NCBI RefSeq assembly: GCF_018977255.1
Contig: NW_024704742.1
Coordinates: 43,712,001 to 43,776,000, forward strand
DNA from: Callorhinchus milii
Lineage: Eukaryota
DNA: 64,000 nt
Reading direction: 5' to 3'
Part shown: positions 1 through 11,735 of the stretch, in pieces
How the letters are laid out: every line of letters begins with the position of its first letter
Position numbering within the stretch: position 1 is the first letter of the stretch
Notes under the pieces: generated by a model
Databases searched by the model: none
Seen by the model: the letters and a program-made list of their open reading frames with translations, nothing else
Told to the model about the DNA's origin: nothing
Made by a program: the position numbers and the translations under genes

Positions 1-150
1 AGGGAGGGTTTTTTTCAAAGTGGGAGTGATGATGGCAGTTTTTAGGTGAATGGGAACAGACCCAGAGGAGAGGGACAGGTTGATGATGTCTGTGATAAGT
101 GGGGCAATGAGGTGGAGCTGAGAGATAAGGAGTGGAGTGGGGATGAGTCC
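1..150 (-). mobile_element. L2-clade LINE ORF2 fragment (runs off window)
   Basis: Minus-strand translation approx. LITDIINLSLSSGSVPIHLKTAIITPTLKK, typical of the L2 segment just before the RT core. Confidence 0.75.
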
Positions 151-1176
151 ATAAAGAGTTAACCCTACAAGTCATTTAGTTGCATTTAGGATTTAGTTGT
201 CATGGCAGAAAAGGAAAAGATGTTCAGTGCGTCACTATTTGGGAGTTTGGAAATACTGTATGCCAATTCTGAGTTGTTGAGTTTCTCCTCTTCTGAAAAA
301 TACAGAATCAAAATTCAGGACTTTTTTTTTACTGTTTATGTAAACCTGAACAATTGCCTTCTGTAATCCAGATGGTGAATAGAAAGAACGAAAGGAATAC
401 AAAGACCATTTTGTGTTTCACTTTGCATTCCATTTTTAAAAATATAGTAAATATGCTAATGCATTCCTCAAAAAGGATAAACAAATTAAACCTCCCACTC
501 AGTCCACATCTAATATGAGCTGACAAAGATAGTGCATATTAAAACCAAAAATATTTCCTCAAATGTCAAACCTCTCATTAAGCTGAGAATCCAGTTTTAA
601 ATAATCCCTGTATAATTTCCAGCCTTGAGATACTTGCATACTTAACAATTTAGTAACAATAGTGCAGTAGCTTTACGGCTGATTCATTAAAAGTCAAATC
701 AGCCATATGTTAAACAAAAACACTGCTGTATCAGCTGCCACATTTTGCCTTAGCTCTCTCATGAAACCTGCTACAACAAAAAAAATTGCTTCAAATTTAC
801 TTAAAGTTGCTAAGTTGTACTTTGTAGCAATTTCTAAATATGGGGAATTGCATGACTGAATTCTCCGACTCTCAAATATCCCACTTTGATCTATGAAAAT
901 GCCCTAGGCTCCTTCTCTGTGCATTAATACATTTCATTGACAGGTACAATTGTGTTAACAATTCTGAGCATTGTTTTCTTTGTTTTAAGAACAATATCAA
1001 ACCATGCAAAAATAAACAGAAATGAAAAGATGACTTATGGAATGCATTGGCTAGATGACATGTTGTTATGTTAAATGTCGCCTAGCTTCTGAAAAATTAC
1101 CTACTGATCCAAGAAGTCAAGATGCTAGAACCAGAGAAAAGGGTTGTAGTTATGTCCGGAGTCTTTCCCTCTAGTG

Positions 1177-1410
1177 GTAAACAACAACTTGCGTTGATAT
1201 AGCACTTTCGTACAGGGTAGCATCTTGGCACGCTGAGGGTAAACAACAACAACTTGCACTTATATCACGCCCTTCACGCGAAGCAGAGTCTCGGAGCGCT
1301 TAACAGTGGCGGAGCCCGACGCTGAGCTGGGGGTAGGGAGGAGGTGACTGTAATCACGGTTGAAGAGGAAGGTCTTCGGTTGCGATCTGAAAGAGGGGAA
1401 GGAGGTTTGA
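1177..1410 (-). mobile_element. Two stacked L2 3' tail fragments
   Basis: Two (AAC)n-cttgc..tatag/tatca tails, each preceded by ggtaaacaacaac; the second extends into L2 3' end sequence. Confidence 0.65.
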
Positions 1411-1914
1411 CATTTCAAGAAAAGCAAGAAAAGCAACCTCTTTTTGTGCCAATGCATACATTTCTCATTTTCCACTGCAGGCGTCATTTTGACCTCTGTG
1501 CATAAAACTGTAAAATTGGTATGCATCAAAGAGTGCTGAATTATGAGCAGTTGACTCACATTCAATAGGAATTGGGTTACGCAAGGCCAAATTTGAATTT
1601 ACCTCAATTTAAAATATAATTGCTATGCACTGTGCTCAGCTCAACGCAACAACATTGACAATGGAATTTTTTCCCAAAATACATTTCATCACTCAAAAAA
1701 AACCCGTAGCTTATTGTTGTTGGTAGCAAAAATTAATTCCAGAACTCAAAGTGTAATTCATTATGAACTTCACATATTTTCACGAATTTCTAAAGCAATC
1801 AAAATCAGCTATATGACAGTTCCGGATTTTGGCTAAGTTTGTTCTTGAGGAGGCTGTTATGCTCCTGCACTTCATAATATAAGTATAATTTGAAATAAAG
1901 TCCGTATTCACTCC

Positions 1915-2188
1915 CCAATCTACCACTCGGCTCCTCCGCTCAACTGGGACTGGCACTGGCCTCCTGCTCGTCCCTCATGCGTTCCATCCTACCATTGAAG
2001 GTCGCACTTTCAGCGACTACGCCCCCAAACTCTGGAACACTCTCCCTCAATCTCTCCGCCTTGCTCCCTCTCTTCCCTTTTCAAGTCCCATTTGAAAACC
2101 TTCCTCTTCGACAGTGGAGTCACTGTTAAGCGCTCTGAGATGCTACCCTGCGTGGAGGGAGCTATATAAGTGCAAGTTGTTGTTGTTG
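1915..2188 (+). mobile_element. L2 LINE 3' fragment
   Basis: Degenerate end of ORF2 (GRTFSDYAPKLWNTLPQSLRLAPSL) followed by gctatataagtgcaag(ttg)n tail. Confidence 0.8.
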
Positions 2189-3760
2189 ACGTTATGTAGG
2201 CAGCAGCAACAACAACTTACACTTATATAGCACCCTCCACTCAGGGTAGCATCTCAGAGCGCTTATGTTTATTATTTGCAGCAAATTTGCACCAGAAATG
2301 TCCCACAAACAATAATGAGATAAGTAGTCAATTAATCAGAATTATTTTAGGTGAATTTGGATGAGGGAGGGATATTAACTAGAACATTTGGAAAAAACTT
2401 ACTTTTCTTTCAAATGGCAGTTTTCATCTGTCTCAAAGCAAATGGGATCTAGTTTTAACTCATTAGAAAACATAATGATAATCCAAAAGAAAATAATAAA
2501 CATACTTGCAATATAGCCATTTACCATATCGGAACATCTCTAAGCGCTGTTTAAAAAGAAGTTATTTTTAAATGTAATGAATGCTGAAATCTAGTCCAAT
2601 GCGGCAACTAATCATCACCAGCAACATCCCACAAACAATAATAATAATAATAAATAATCCTTGAATTTACTATAGTGCCTTATTATGTTATTGAAACATC
2701 ACAAAGTGCTTCTACAGGATTCTACTGTAAAGTATAGTGACTATGTATTTCTAAGCAATGTCCCATAAACAGCCATGAAGTAAATGGTCAACTTTATCTG
2801 TGGTACACAAGAACATAAGAATCTGCTGGACGAAAGAAGACCAAGGTCCATCTAATTCACCTTCCACCATCCTGGCAGTCACTTGACATGTTGTGTCCCA
2901 AACTATGCACTGTATCCCGAGATATTATTTTCTATTAGAAATCTATCCAATTTGTTCTTGAAACAAATGACATTTTCTGCTTCCACTGTCGCACTGGTAT
3001 TATTGGCCAGGGTAAATGGTAGAAACTCCTTTCTCTTTCGAAGAGTGCCACAGTATCTTTATGGGATATTTTGCCACAAAATACAAACAGTCACACCATT
3101 TTACAAAATATCTTGTCAAATGCTTGGTAACATCTCAACTATGTGATAAAGCACTATTTCACTTCATGCCTTGGCACGCTCTACCTCTCCGACCTGCTTA
3201 TTCCCCACTTCGTTTCCTGCCCCCTTCCCTCAGCTGGCTCTGATCTCTGAACTTCCTTTGTTTCTGTTTTCTGCATCATCAGAGGTCATGCTTTCGGTCA
3301 CTATGCCCTGAATCTCTCTGCGTCAATCCTTTCGCCTTACCCATCTTCAGATCATACCTGAAGACATTCTTTTTCGATTGTTCCTATGGTCACCTTCCCT
3401 CTTTTTTAAACAGTGCTTAGAAATGTTCCGACATGAGATAAGAGGAGTAGCCAATGAACTTGAATTTTTGGGAGGGATTATACTGACCTTAACCCATTAA
3501 TTTGCAATTAAATTTAAAACTGGGTCTCCAATAGCAAGATAACCGTATTTGGACACACAGTTTTACTTAAGCGTTGGCAGATCAAATGCAATCTGCAACA
3601 GAAAGACAAACAGCGTTAAACAGCACAGCTAACACAGCCATTTGCAACAACAGAAGATAACAGATCTGTTCGCTGACTTCAGGAAATTGAAGGACAGGCA
3701 AATCACAGAGCACAATGTGATGAATAGCATCACAATCAGACATGAATGAAGGATGATTCG

Positions 3761-4054
3761 TAATAATAATATTCCTTGCATTTGATATAGCACCTCATCA
3801 CGTCTTCGAGACGTCTCAAAGCGCTTCATAGAATATACTGTAAAGTGGATTGACTGTATATTTTGTGGGCGAAACGTAGCAGCCAATTGAGCACAGCTTC
3901 CCACAAACAGTCGTGGATTGAGTGACCACATTTTATGGGGGGGTTTGGGGAGGGTTTATTAGCAAAGCAATCTGCCAGTCGACTAACAACCAAATTCCTA
4001 CTTACTGCTAGGTAAACAGAGACTTGTGGAGTAAGGAAACTTGCCTAAGGTTTC
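3761..4054 (-). mobile_element. Deu-domain SINE, 5'-truncated, subfamily with internal insert
   Basis: Reverse complement of the Deu core (tgtttgtggga..ctgtgc.caattggctgc) with (ATT)n tail. Confidence 0.8.
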
Positions 4055-4069
4055 ATTCAGAGGAGGTTT

Positions 4070-4346
4070 CAAACCAAGGTCCCTCCTGTCCTTTCAGGTG
4101 GATATTAACAATCCTATGCATTACTCAAAAAGAGAAATTTCCCCTGGTGCCCAGGCCAATAACAACCCCCACCAACAAAACAAATTGGTTGTTCACTTCA
4201 TGGCTGTTTGTGGGAAATTACTGTGTGTAAATAGACTACTGTGTTCACCTACAAAAATACAGTCTTTCTAGCAAATCCTGTGAAGTGCTTTGAGATTATT
4301 CAATAATTAGTAAGGTGCTATATTAAATGTAATGGTTATTATTATT
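4070..4346 (+). mobile_element. Older Deu-SINE (SacSINE1/AmnSINE1-like) relic
   Basis: cctgtcctttcaggtggatattaacaatcc...ggctgtttgtgggaaattactgtgtg...gtgctatattaaatg. Confidence 0.65.
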
Positions 4347-6159
4347 CAAAATGTATTCCCTTCTACCTTAATAATATACCACAACCCAATCTTCAGAAAA
4401 GACCCTCTGTCTGTAACAGTAACATTGTGATATTCCTATTTTCCACACCAACCATCCTTATGAACACTAAATGACGGACAAATGCAGGGCCAAACTGTGA
4501 CCAATATTGCATTGTAGACCATTACTCACCATGAAATGGGCCGAGGAGTAAGTCATGAAGGACTCACAGAAAGCAAATATTCTTTCCACCAGTTTGGCCT
4601 GTATTTGAACTTGCATCCCAAGTGAAAAGACTGCACTATCCTGCAGTCTCCTAAAAGTAACTGTATTTCATTCCATGGTTCATATCATCTTGCACTTCCT
4701 TCCACTCAGGCTACCAATGTTATCTTAGCCTTTAACAGGATATTTTTCTGACACAGATAATTCAGCTGTATTGCTATCATTATGGTGAAGATTGACATCC
4801 CCTAAACTAACATTTTAGAACATAATCGTAAATACCCTGTCAACTGAGATTTTACACTGTGTCATGCATCCAATTGCTTGCTTGGGTGCTTCGTTCATCA
4901 CCTGTGCATAACCCAAATTATTGTGTCGGTGCCTTTTTAACTCTTGCTTTTTCTCTGTTGAATTTGAATTTTTACAATGTGCTTTAGGATTATATAAGCA
5001 ACTCAGAGTACTGAAAAGGAAGAGATTCCATTGCATGGTAGAGCAAGTTTGATTCAGCAAGTTTGCCTGAAAATACAGAGTCATTACTCTTCGCAGAAAA
5101 ACTTACGTGAACCGCTTATAGAGGGATTTCAAAGTGATAAGGTGCTATATCAAATGAAAGGATTATTATGTTATTATTACTTAGCACCAAATCAGTTCTG
5201 GTGGGGATGATGCTGCAGCTTTCCTAACATGTTATTAATAAGCAATATTAGAACCAATTAAAAGGCTCATCTGAGGAGGGGAGTGAGTAGATTAACAAAG
5301 GTAGGTGATGAGGACCTGTTTGAGACCATGACTACTGTCCAGACACCTGCAGAATAATAAAGAAAGGGGAACGAAGCCTACTGAAAGTTATTTGTAGCAA
5401 ATTGCTGGGAGAGCTTTAGCCTGTTGGGTTGTTCTAGTTTTCACAGTCCATCAATCTCGGCGGACAGTGAGGGCATCCGCACCTTGCACCGGTACAGATT
5501 GCACAGGGAGACTACAAATAGCACAGCGTCAATCAAGTGACCAAAGAGCAAGTCAAATAATTCATCAGAGAAATATTATTGTTTTAGATGTAATCTTATA
5601 GTTATTTGGATAAATCACAAGCATATTTAAAAATAAACATTAGTGTTGTGCATTAAAACAGTATTTATTACGCATAAAGTAACCTGCATCATCAGTTTGC
5701 AAGAGGAAAGTCCATTGAGTTGCTTACTCTAAAGGACTCTGCAGAAAGGCTCCAACCTCCATTCGCCTCAACGAGAAAACTAAGTTTTCTATTAATCTAA
5801 GATATTTTTCTATTGGATTGATTCCAATCTGACACTTGAGGAAAGTTGTAGCATGTAAAAATATATTAAATTATTCAGCAGACTAAATTGGCTATTTGTG
5901 GAGCCTTATGAATATTAAAGCATAGCTTAAAACAAACTTTCTCCATGTTCAGGTCTTATTCAAAATTGCAATAGTTTTGCTACATCTTTGTAATGGGATT
6001 TAATCATGTCTGGTTGTATTTTGATTAGAGCTTTGAGAAGGAATGTCTAAATACAATGCTGAGAATTTATAAGAACATTCTCACCTGTATTAAAAAAATT
6101 AGGGGATGAGAGAGAAATGCATCATATATTTGGGATGAGAGAGAAAGTTATCAATGTTT

Positions 6160-6480
6160 CCCAGTGACTCAGCTGGTAGTCATTGACATGAGACCAACCA
6201 TAGATATCAGGAAATGGTCATAATCAATTCCTGCTGTATGCTGAGTTAGCTGATCTTGGCTAGTTTGGCAACTCACCTAAATGTCCGTGGTTAGGGAGGA
6301 TTATGCAGGAGTTCCCACTTTTGATCTTAATCCAGTAAACATCATGGGAAGCGCATATATTTGTTCATCAGGAAGGATGAGATCAGGTTTGACTGCATTG
6401 CTTCTGCATTCTGCATTGCTTGGTTAACCTGCTGAAAATCATTGTCTTGCTTCACAAATGAAAAATGCTGACTTGAACAT
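6160..6480 (+). mobile_element. Ancient SINE relic, AmnSINE2-like (second copy near 21100-21300)
   Basis: tgctgagttagctgatct...ggttagggagg...tgatcttaatccagt resembles my recollection of the AmnSINE2 consensus; family name unverified. Confidence 0.4.
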
Positions 6481-6762
6481 GGCATTTCTTTACCCGGAGG
6501 GTAAGCAATGACGAACAGGTTGGCAGGAAGGATGGTTGAGTCCAGGACACTGGGCTAATTTAAAAAAAACAGCATGATGCTGTGAATGGGAGGAGGGCAG
6601 AGTATTTTGCGAGGCTGACATCCGCTGGGCTGAAGGGCCTTTTTATCCAAATTAATGTGACCAGGCGTGAATGTCAGCACAAATGGATAGGAAATATAAT
6701 AGAAGAGGAACAACAACAACAACTTGCATTTATACAGCGCCCTTCATGCAGGGTAGCATCTT

Positions 6763-6912
6763 AGAGCACTGGCGCCCCAGAGCACCGGCACCCCAAAGCA
6801 CCAGAGTCCCAGAGCACCGGCGCCCCAGAGCACCGGCGCCCCAGAGCACCGGCGCCCCAGAGCACCAGAGTCCCAGAGCACCGGCGTCCCAGAGCACCAG
6901 AGTCCCAGAGCC
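6763..6912 (+). repeat. 16-bp minisatellite, about 9.4 copies
   Basis: Units agagcaccggcgcccc and agagcaccagagtccc read directly. Confidence 0.95.
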
Positions 6913-8189
6913 AACTGTTGCGCTACTGGACTAAGTCAAGAGCCACATTGAACGTTTGCTGAGTTCCCAATCTCAACCCCATAATCAAGGGAAGATATAA
7001 CCAAAGGGGGAAGGAACAGAGCAGTCAGTTAATAATTGAATAAAACATGGAGAAACAAAAACAACAAAAACAGAATGAATGAAGGCTTTAAAGAAACATA
7101 ACAGCATTAGTGCTTTCCATACTGCATTAGTGATAATATATTTGCCTCCCCCATTGAGAACCTATATTTAACACTAATTGAGTGTGGTGGGAGGCCTCAG
7201 GTGTGTCATCAGATTTGTACATTGCTAAACACAGCAGCATTAATGCCATGGACTGTGGTACTAATGCTGTTTAGCAGCAGCACATTAGTGATAAAATTCT
7301 GCCCTAGATTTCTTAACTATCCACCTTGGGATCAAAACATATACGTGCTTTACATGCTTATAGACTTTAAGTTGCATCCAAATGTACTCTTGTGATACGC
7401 CTTTCAGCCGCTGCACAGGATAATTTACCATGGAGACTTGAGTCTTAAGATTTCACTTGGGTGGTTTATTGGTTATCACGTTGTTATTTCTCTTTTGGGT
7501 TCGGTTTAATGCATGTAACATATGTGGTAACCACCTGCTTAATTGGTCCCCTTGCAGTTGTTAGTTCCAATTACCTTTTGTCAAAACTGCATTGGGTTTT
7601 GTCGACTTTTTAAAGATAACTCTGCGCTCATTGTAAACTGCTCAGAACAAATATTATTTTGAAACCACATTACAGTACATATTCTTCCCCAAAATTTAAT
7701 CTGAACCTTATCGGCAAAAGAAAATACATTTTAAATATAGTGGTGCCCAGTCATGTGACTAAAATCAAGAACTTACCCTGTGCGGCTGTGCTCCAAATAG
7801 ACTCAAGTCCCTGATCTATAATCCAATTGAAGAATGATAACTTACTTTCAGGGTGTTAACTCTGTCAAGTATTACCTGTTAAGGGTCTCAAGTGTAATGA
7901 GTTCTGGCATTTTTTGTGTGTAGTGTATAGTAGAATTGACTTGACGAGCAGCTGCAAAGCAGAAGCACAGTAATGGCTGGCGCAGAGGAGTAAAGTGTTA
8001 TTTTAAGGCAATGTTGAACTACCAATTAGTTTTTCAGATATTAAAGAACGTGTCATTCTTCAATGCTTCCAACCCTCACCCACACAAAAAACGCAGTTCC
8101 ATTCTCCCCAGTTATTCACAGGATATCGTGTATTCACATGTATCTTTGGCGCAGCATAATTGTTTTGTATTCATTACAATAGTTTATAA

Positions 8190-9265
8190 CAAACAACCAA
8201 CAAACCAAATTACATTTGTATAGTGCATTTCACATCAGAAGGATGTCCCAAGGTGCCGGATAATTAGCGTTTGGGCATTGGGGAAGGTGGAGGGCAGGGG
8301 GGGGAAGGAGGGTGATCGAAGGCATCCTCTGTGTGATGGGAAGCCAATGGAGTTGGGTGAGGAAGGTGATAGGGTCACGGAGCCTGGTGCGGGAGAGGAC
8401 ACAGGCTGCAGAGTTCTGGATGATCTACAGCCTATGGAGGGAGGAGTTGGAGAAGCCGACAGCCAGGGAGTTATAGAAGTTATGAATGCGTGTATGAAGA
8501 TCTCGGCCGCCTGCGGTGTGAGACAGTGGCAGAGCCGAGCGATGTTGCGGAGGTGGGGGAAGGCGGAGCAGTTTGTGGCACGGATGTGGGGTATGAAGGA
8601 CAGTTGAGGGACAAACAGGATGCCGATATTTCGTAGTGGCTCCGTGAGATGTAGAGCGTACCCATGGAGGGAGATGCTGTCAGTGAACGAGGTATGGAAA
8701 TTCTGATAGGAGCCAAGCAGGAGGGCCTCGGTCTTGTTGACATTGAACTGCAGGAAGTTAGCTCTCATCCAGGACTGGATGTCTGACAGGTAGTCTGTGA
8801 GGACAGCAGTGGTCCTGGAGTCAAGGGTGGAGGCAGAGAGGTAGCGTTAGGTGTCATCTGCTTACATGTGGAAGTTGACCCCATGTCTGCGGTGACCAAG
8901 GAAGAGCATATAGATATTGAAAAGGAGAGGGCCAAGAAAGAGCCGCTGAGGAACGCCGCACGAGACAGTGCGGGGGCTGGAAGAGAAGCCGTTAGTGGCG
9001 ACGAAGTGGAGACAGTGGGAGAAGTAGGATTCAAACCAGGCAAGGGCAGATCCGCAAAGATTGATTTGAGAGTAGAGGCGGTGTAGGAGGATAGAGTGGT
9101 CGAAAGTGTCGAAGGCAGCAGAGGAGGTCAAGGAGGCAAAGAGAGCCCTGGTCGCAGATATTCAGAATGCTGTTGGTGACTTTCCTGTGGGCAGCATGGA
9201 AACATGTTTGGAGGGGTTCAGCGAGGGAATGGCAAGAGAGGAAAGAGCAAAGCTGGGACACGATA
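8190..9265 (-). mobile_element. Degenerate L2 LINE (RT core to 3' tail)
   Basis: ORF pieces AAFDTFDHSILLHRL, GVPQRLFLGPLLFNIY, NFLQFNVNKTEALLLG; YADD motif disrupted (FHM*ADDT). Confidence 0.92.
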
Positions 9266-9545
9266 GTTACCAAAGGAAATATTGCTATTATGCAGTTAGT
9301 TGGATAATTATGCAAAGATGTTACCTTATAATAATAATAATCATCTTTACATTTATATAGAGCCTTATCATATCTTCAAAACGTCTCAAAGCACTTCACA
9401 GGATTTTACTGTAAGGTGCGGTGATTGTATTGGTCGGTGAACAAACACTCACTGATCGCTCAGGGTAAGCGCAATCCTAAGGCAAGTCATGGCTGTTTTC
9501 CAGTCAAGCACCACTACAGCAACTGTTCTGATGGAGAAAACTACT

Positions 9546-9551
9546 TTTATT
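9546..9551 (-). terminator. SEPSECS: Candidate SEPSECS polyadenylation signal AATAAA
   Basis: tttatt on the plus strand, about 245 nt past the stop codon. Confidence 0.55.
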
Positions 9552-9794
9552 CATGTCAATGATTTATACATCATAATAAGACCGAATTATTCTTTCAGCT
9601 GGTTGCAATTAAATTACTAACGTACATTAATTCAGAATAATAGCACAATCCTCTACCACTAGTTTTTACACAGAGCAGCGGAAAATAAAAAAAATTAGCT
9701 GTGAACAATAATGACAATTCTCAATGATCCCATTCAAGATGTTATTATTGCATTTCCAGAGCATAATGCTGAGTGCTTGCCCCTGAAGAACATT

Positions 9795-10125
9795 TTACAA
9801 TGACACCACTCCATCAGTTGGGGCAGCTGTTTCATCCGTCCCAATTCTCAGAACATCGTGGACACTTCCTGATAACTCACATACACCAGCATCTTCAGAT
9901 TTTTCCAATGTTTTGGTTCCAGTTTCACTTCTTAGATTTCCTCGCTCTTTCCTCAAACTCTTAAGGCACTTATCCAGTTTTTTAATAAAGAGGTCCACGT
10001 CCTGTTTTTTCATTCCGACAGCCGATGCAGCATTCAGATAAGGGCACGGATAGTCATTAGCATGTGACATGAAGCCCTGGAATGTGTACCCATTTACAGT
10101 CTGTTTTGAGCCAAGAGGAACAACT
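9795..10125 (-). CDS. SEPSECS: SEPSECS coding exon 11 (last, with stop)
   Basis: ttcag acceptor; (R)[55 protein letters not shown]...GVVSL*; matches the human SepSecS C-terminal region. Confidence 0.96.
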
Positions 10126-10667
10126 CTGAAATGAGAAGAAAAAGAAAGTTGTTAGATCCTGGCCAAGCAGCAGTCCAAACAAGTTTGCTCCTCTTATCCC
10201 TGCTCCAATCCAAGGATGAGAGGTTTCAGCTATTAAGAGACTTTAAGTTATGAGCATCTCTCACTAAAAGGGGGACTTAATAAAGGTCTTCAATATTATG
10301 AAGAGTTTACGATAAGGTAAATAGTAATTGCTTATTTCTATTGGCTGGTAAATCAATAGAGGTCACAACTTAAACTACTTAAAATAAAAAGTTAACAACA
10401 TAAACTTGCATTGATATAACACCCTTCATGCGAGGTAGCGTCTTGGAGCACTTGAATTAAAGTAGCAAATCGAGAACAAAAAGTGACATATGATAGACCG
10501 AAGAACGTAAAAATGGCACCAAATTCTGTAACCACTATGGTCTCACTATAGATCACCACATGTACAGCAACATCAATCCTGATTCTCGCCTCAATCTTCA
10601 AGAACATAAACAAAACAGAAGGGAATTATCCGATGTTTTAAAGGGTAAGATCCTCTTAGTAACTCAC

Positions 10668-10758
10668 CTGGCTCCAGATACCAGTCTGGTGAAAAGCATT
10701 GATCCAAGCTGAGTAACCGACTCATCACCATATTGATGGAATCTTTTCAGGGACATTG
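10668..10758 (-). CDS. SEPSECS: SEPSECS coding exon 10 (91 nt)
   Basis: AG/GT flanks; (A)MSLKRFHQYGDESVTQLGSMLFTRLVSGA(R). Confidence 0.96.
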
Positions 10759-11695
10759 CTGAAACAAATAAGACAGGCAATTGCAGTATGAGTTGTATGC
10801 ACAGTCTACTCTTCTCAGGGATTGCCTCTTGGCCAATTTGTGTTTAAATGCAAAATAGACACATAGGAGAAGAGAGGCCAGATGTTGTGTTCTAACACTT
10901 CTCTGCATCTATTCATACACCTGTCCAGGCATGCATCTAATTCACCGATAGTTGGCTAAAGTACAGGAAGTGAATACTGCAAGCTTAAGTTGTAAAGTCA
11001 CAATCCCCATATGGTGCATTCTCAATCAGAGCCATGCTAGTCTCGGAAAGACTCTGATGCGAGGCAATGAATTTCCTACAGACGCAAGAGACAGGAGGAA
11101 TAAAAATAAAGGAGGAAACATGTACTTCACACGTAGCCTAGCAGCTGCTTGCAGAGCAGAAGCAGAGAGTCTGACCCACCTAGCTTTGAATGTAGGTAGC
11201 AAAAGTGACCCAAAGACAAGAGGGAAAGGAGTGAAGAGAAAACAATAAGTTCCAGGTCAATAAAAGTGGGAACTGAGGCCCTGGCATACTTATATGTTGC
11301 AAAAACATATTTCATAATTCCCAGAACTGATAGCTAATTTTCTGAAATGTAGAACTACAATTAGTTACAATTATGGTCACATTGTCCTGCATTCAAATTT
11401 AAGATAAGATTTGTTTTACTCAAAAACATTTCCTTTTTTGCTCATGGGGAAAAAGGTTAAAGAAATCAGCTATTAACTTAAATTAAGAAAACCCAGTCAT
11501 TGTTTTGTAATGAACACTGTCATATTGTTCGATGATAATATTTATAGTAATGAAACTGACATCCAGATTTTATAAAACCAGAACGGCTTATTGATAAGAA
11601 ACATTTAGATGTTATGAAGCAGCAACACCAGACACGGAACTCTCAGCCTGCAGATGCTTCATTTGGGAGAAAACCAATTAAATCTCTTTCAGCCG

Positions 11696-11735
11696 TTAAT
11701 TTTATCAATTCAAGTACTTGAATTGATAAAATTAA
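11696..11735. repeat. Perfect 40-bp palindrome without spacer
   Basis: TTAATTTTATCAATTCAAGT|ACTTGAATTGATAAAATTAA. Confidence 0.95.

Noticed and set aside
329..436. Minus-strand ORF with a signal-peptide-like stretch (MVFVFLSFFLFTIWITEG), considered as LGI2 exon 1
   Set aside because: Stops shortly after, lacks the CPxxCxC LRR-NT motif expected for LGI2, and T-rich DNA readily gives such hydrophobic runs
4490..4655. LF-SINE-like relic (also near 15320-15390 and 38430-38600)
   Set aside because: Similarity too decayed to assign by eye
6671..6934. ORF with PRAPAPQST repeats
   Set aside because: Translation of the 16-bp minisatellite and an L2 tail
9530..9794. SECIS element in the SEPSECS 3' UTR that could recode the exon 1 UGA
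   Set aside because: No convincing AUGA..AA..GA stem by eye; Sec insertion would still meet TAG five codons later and stay out of frame with exon 2
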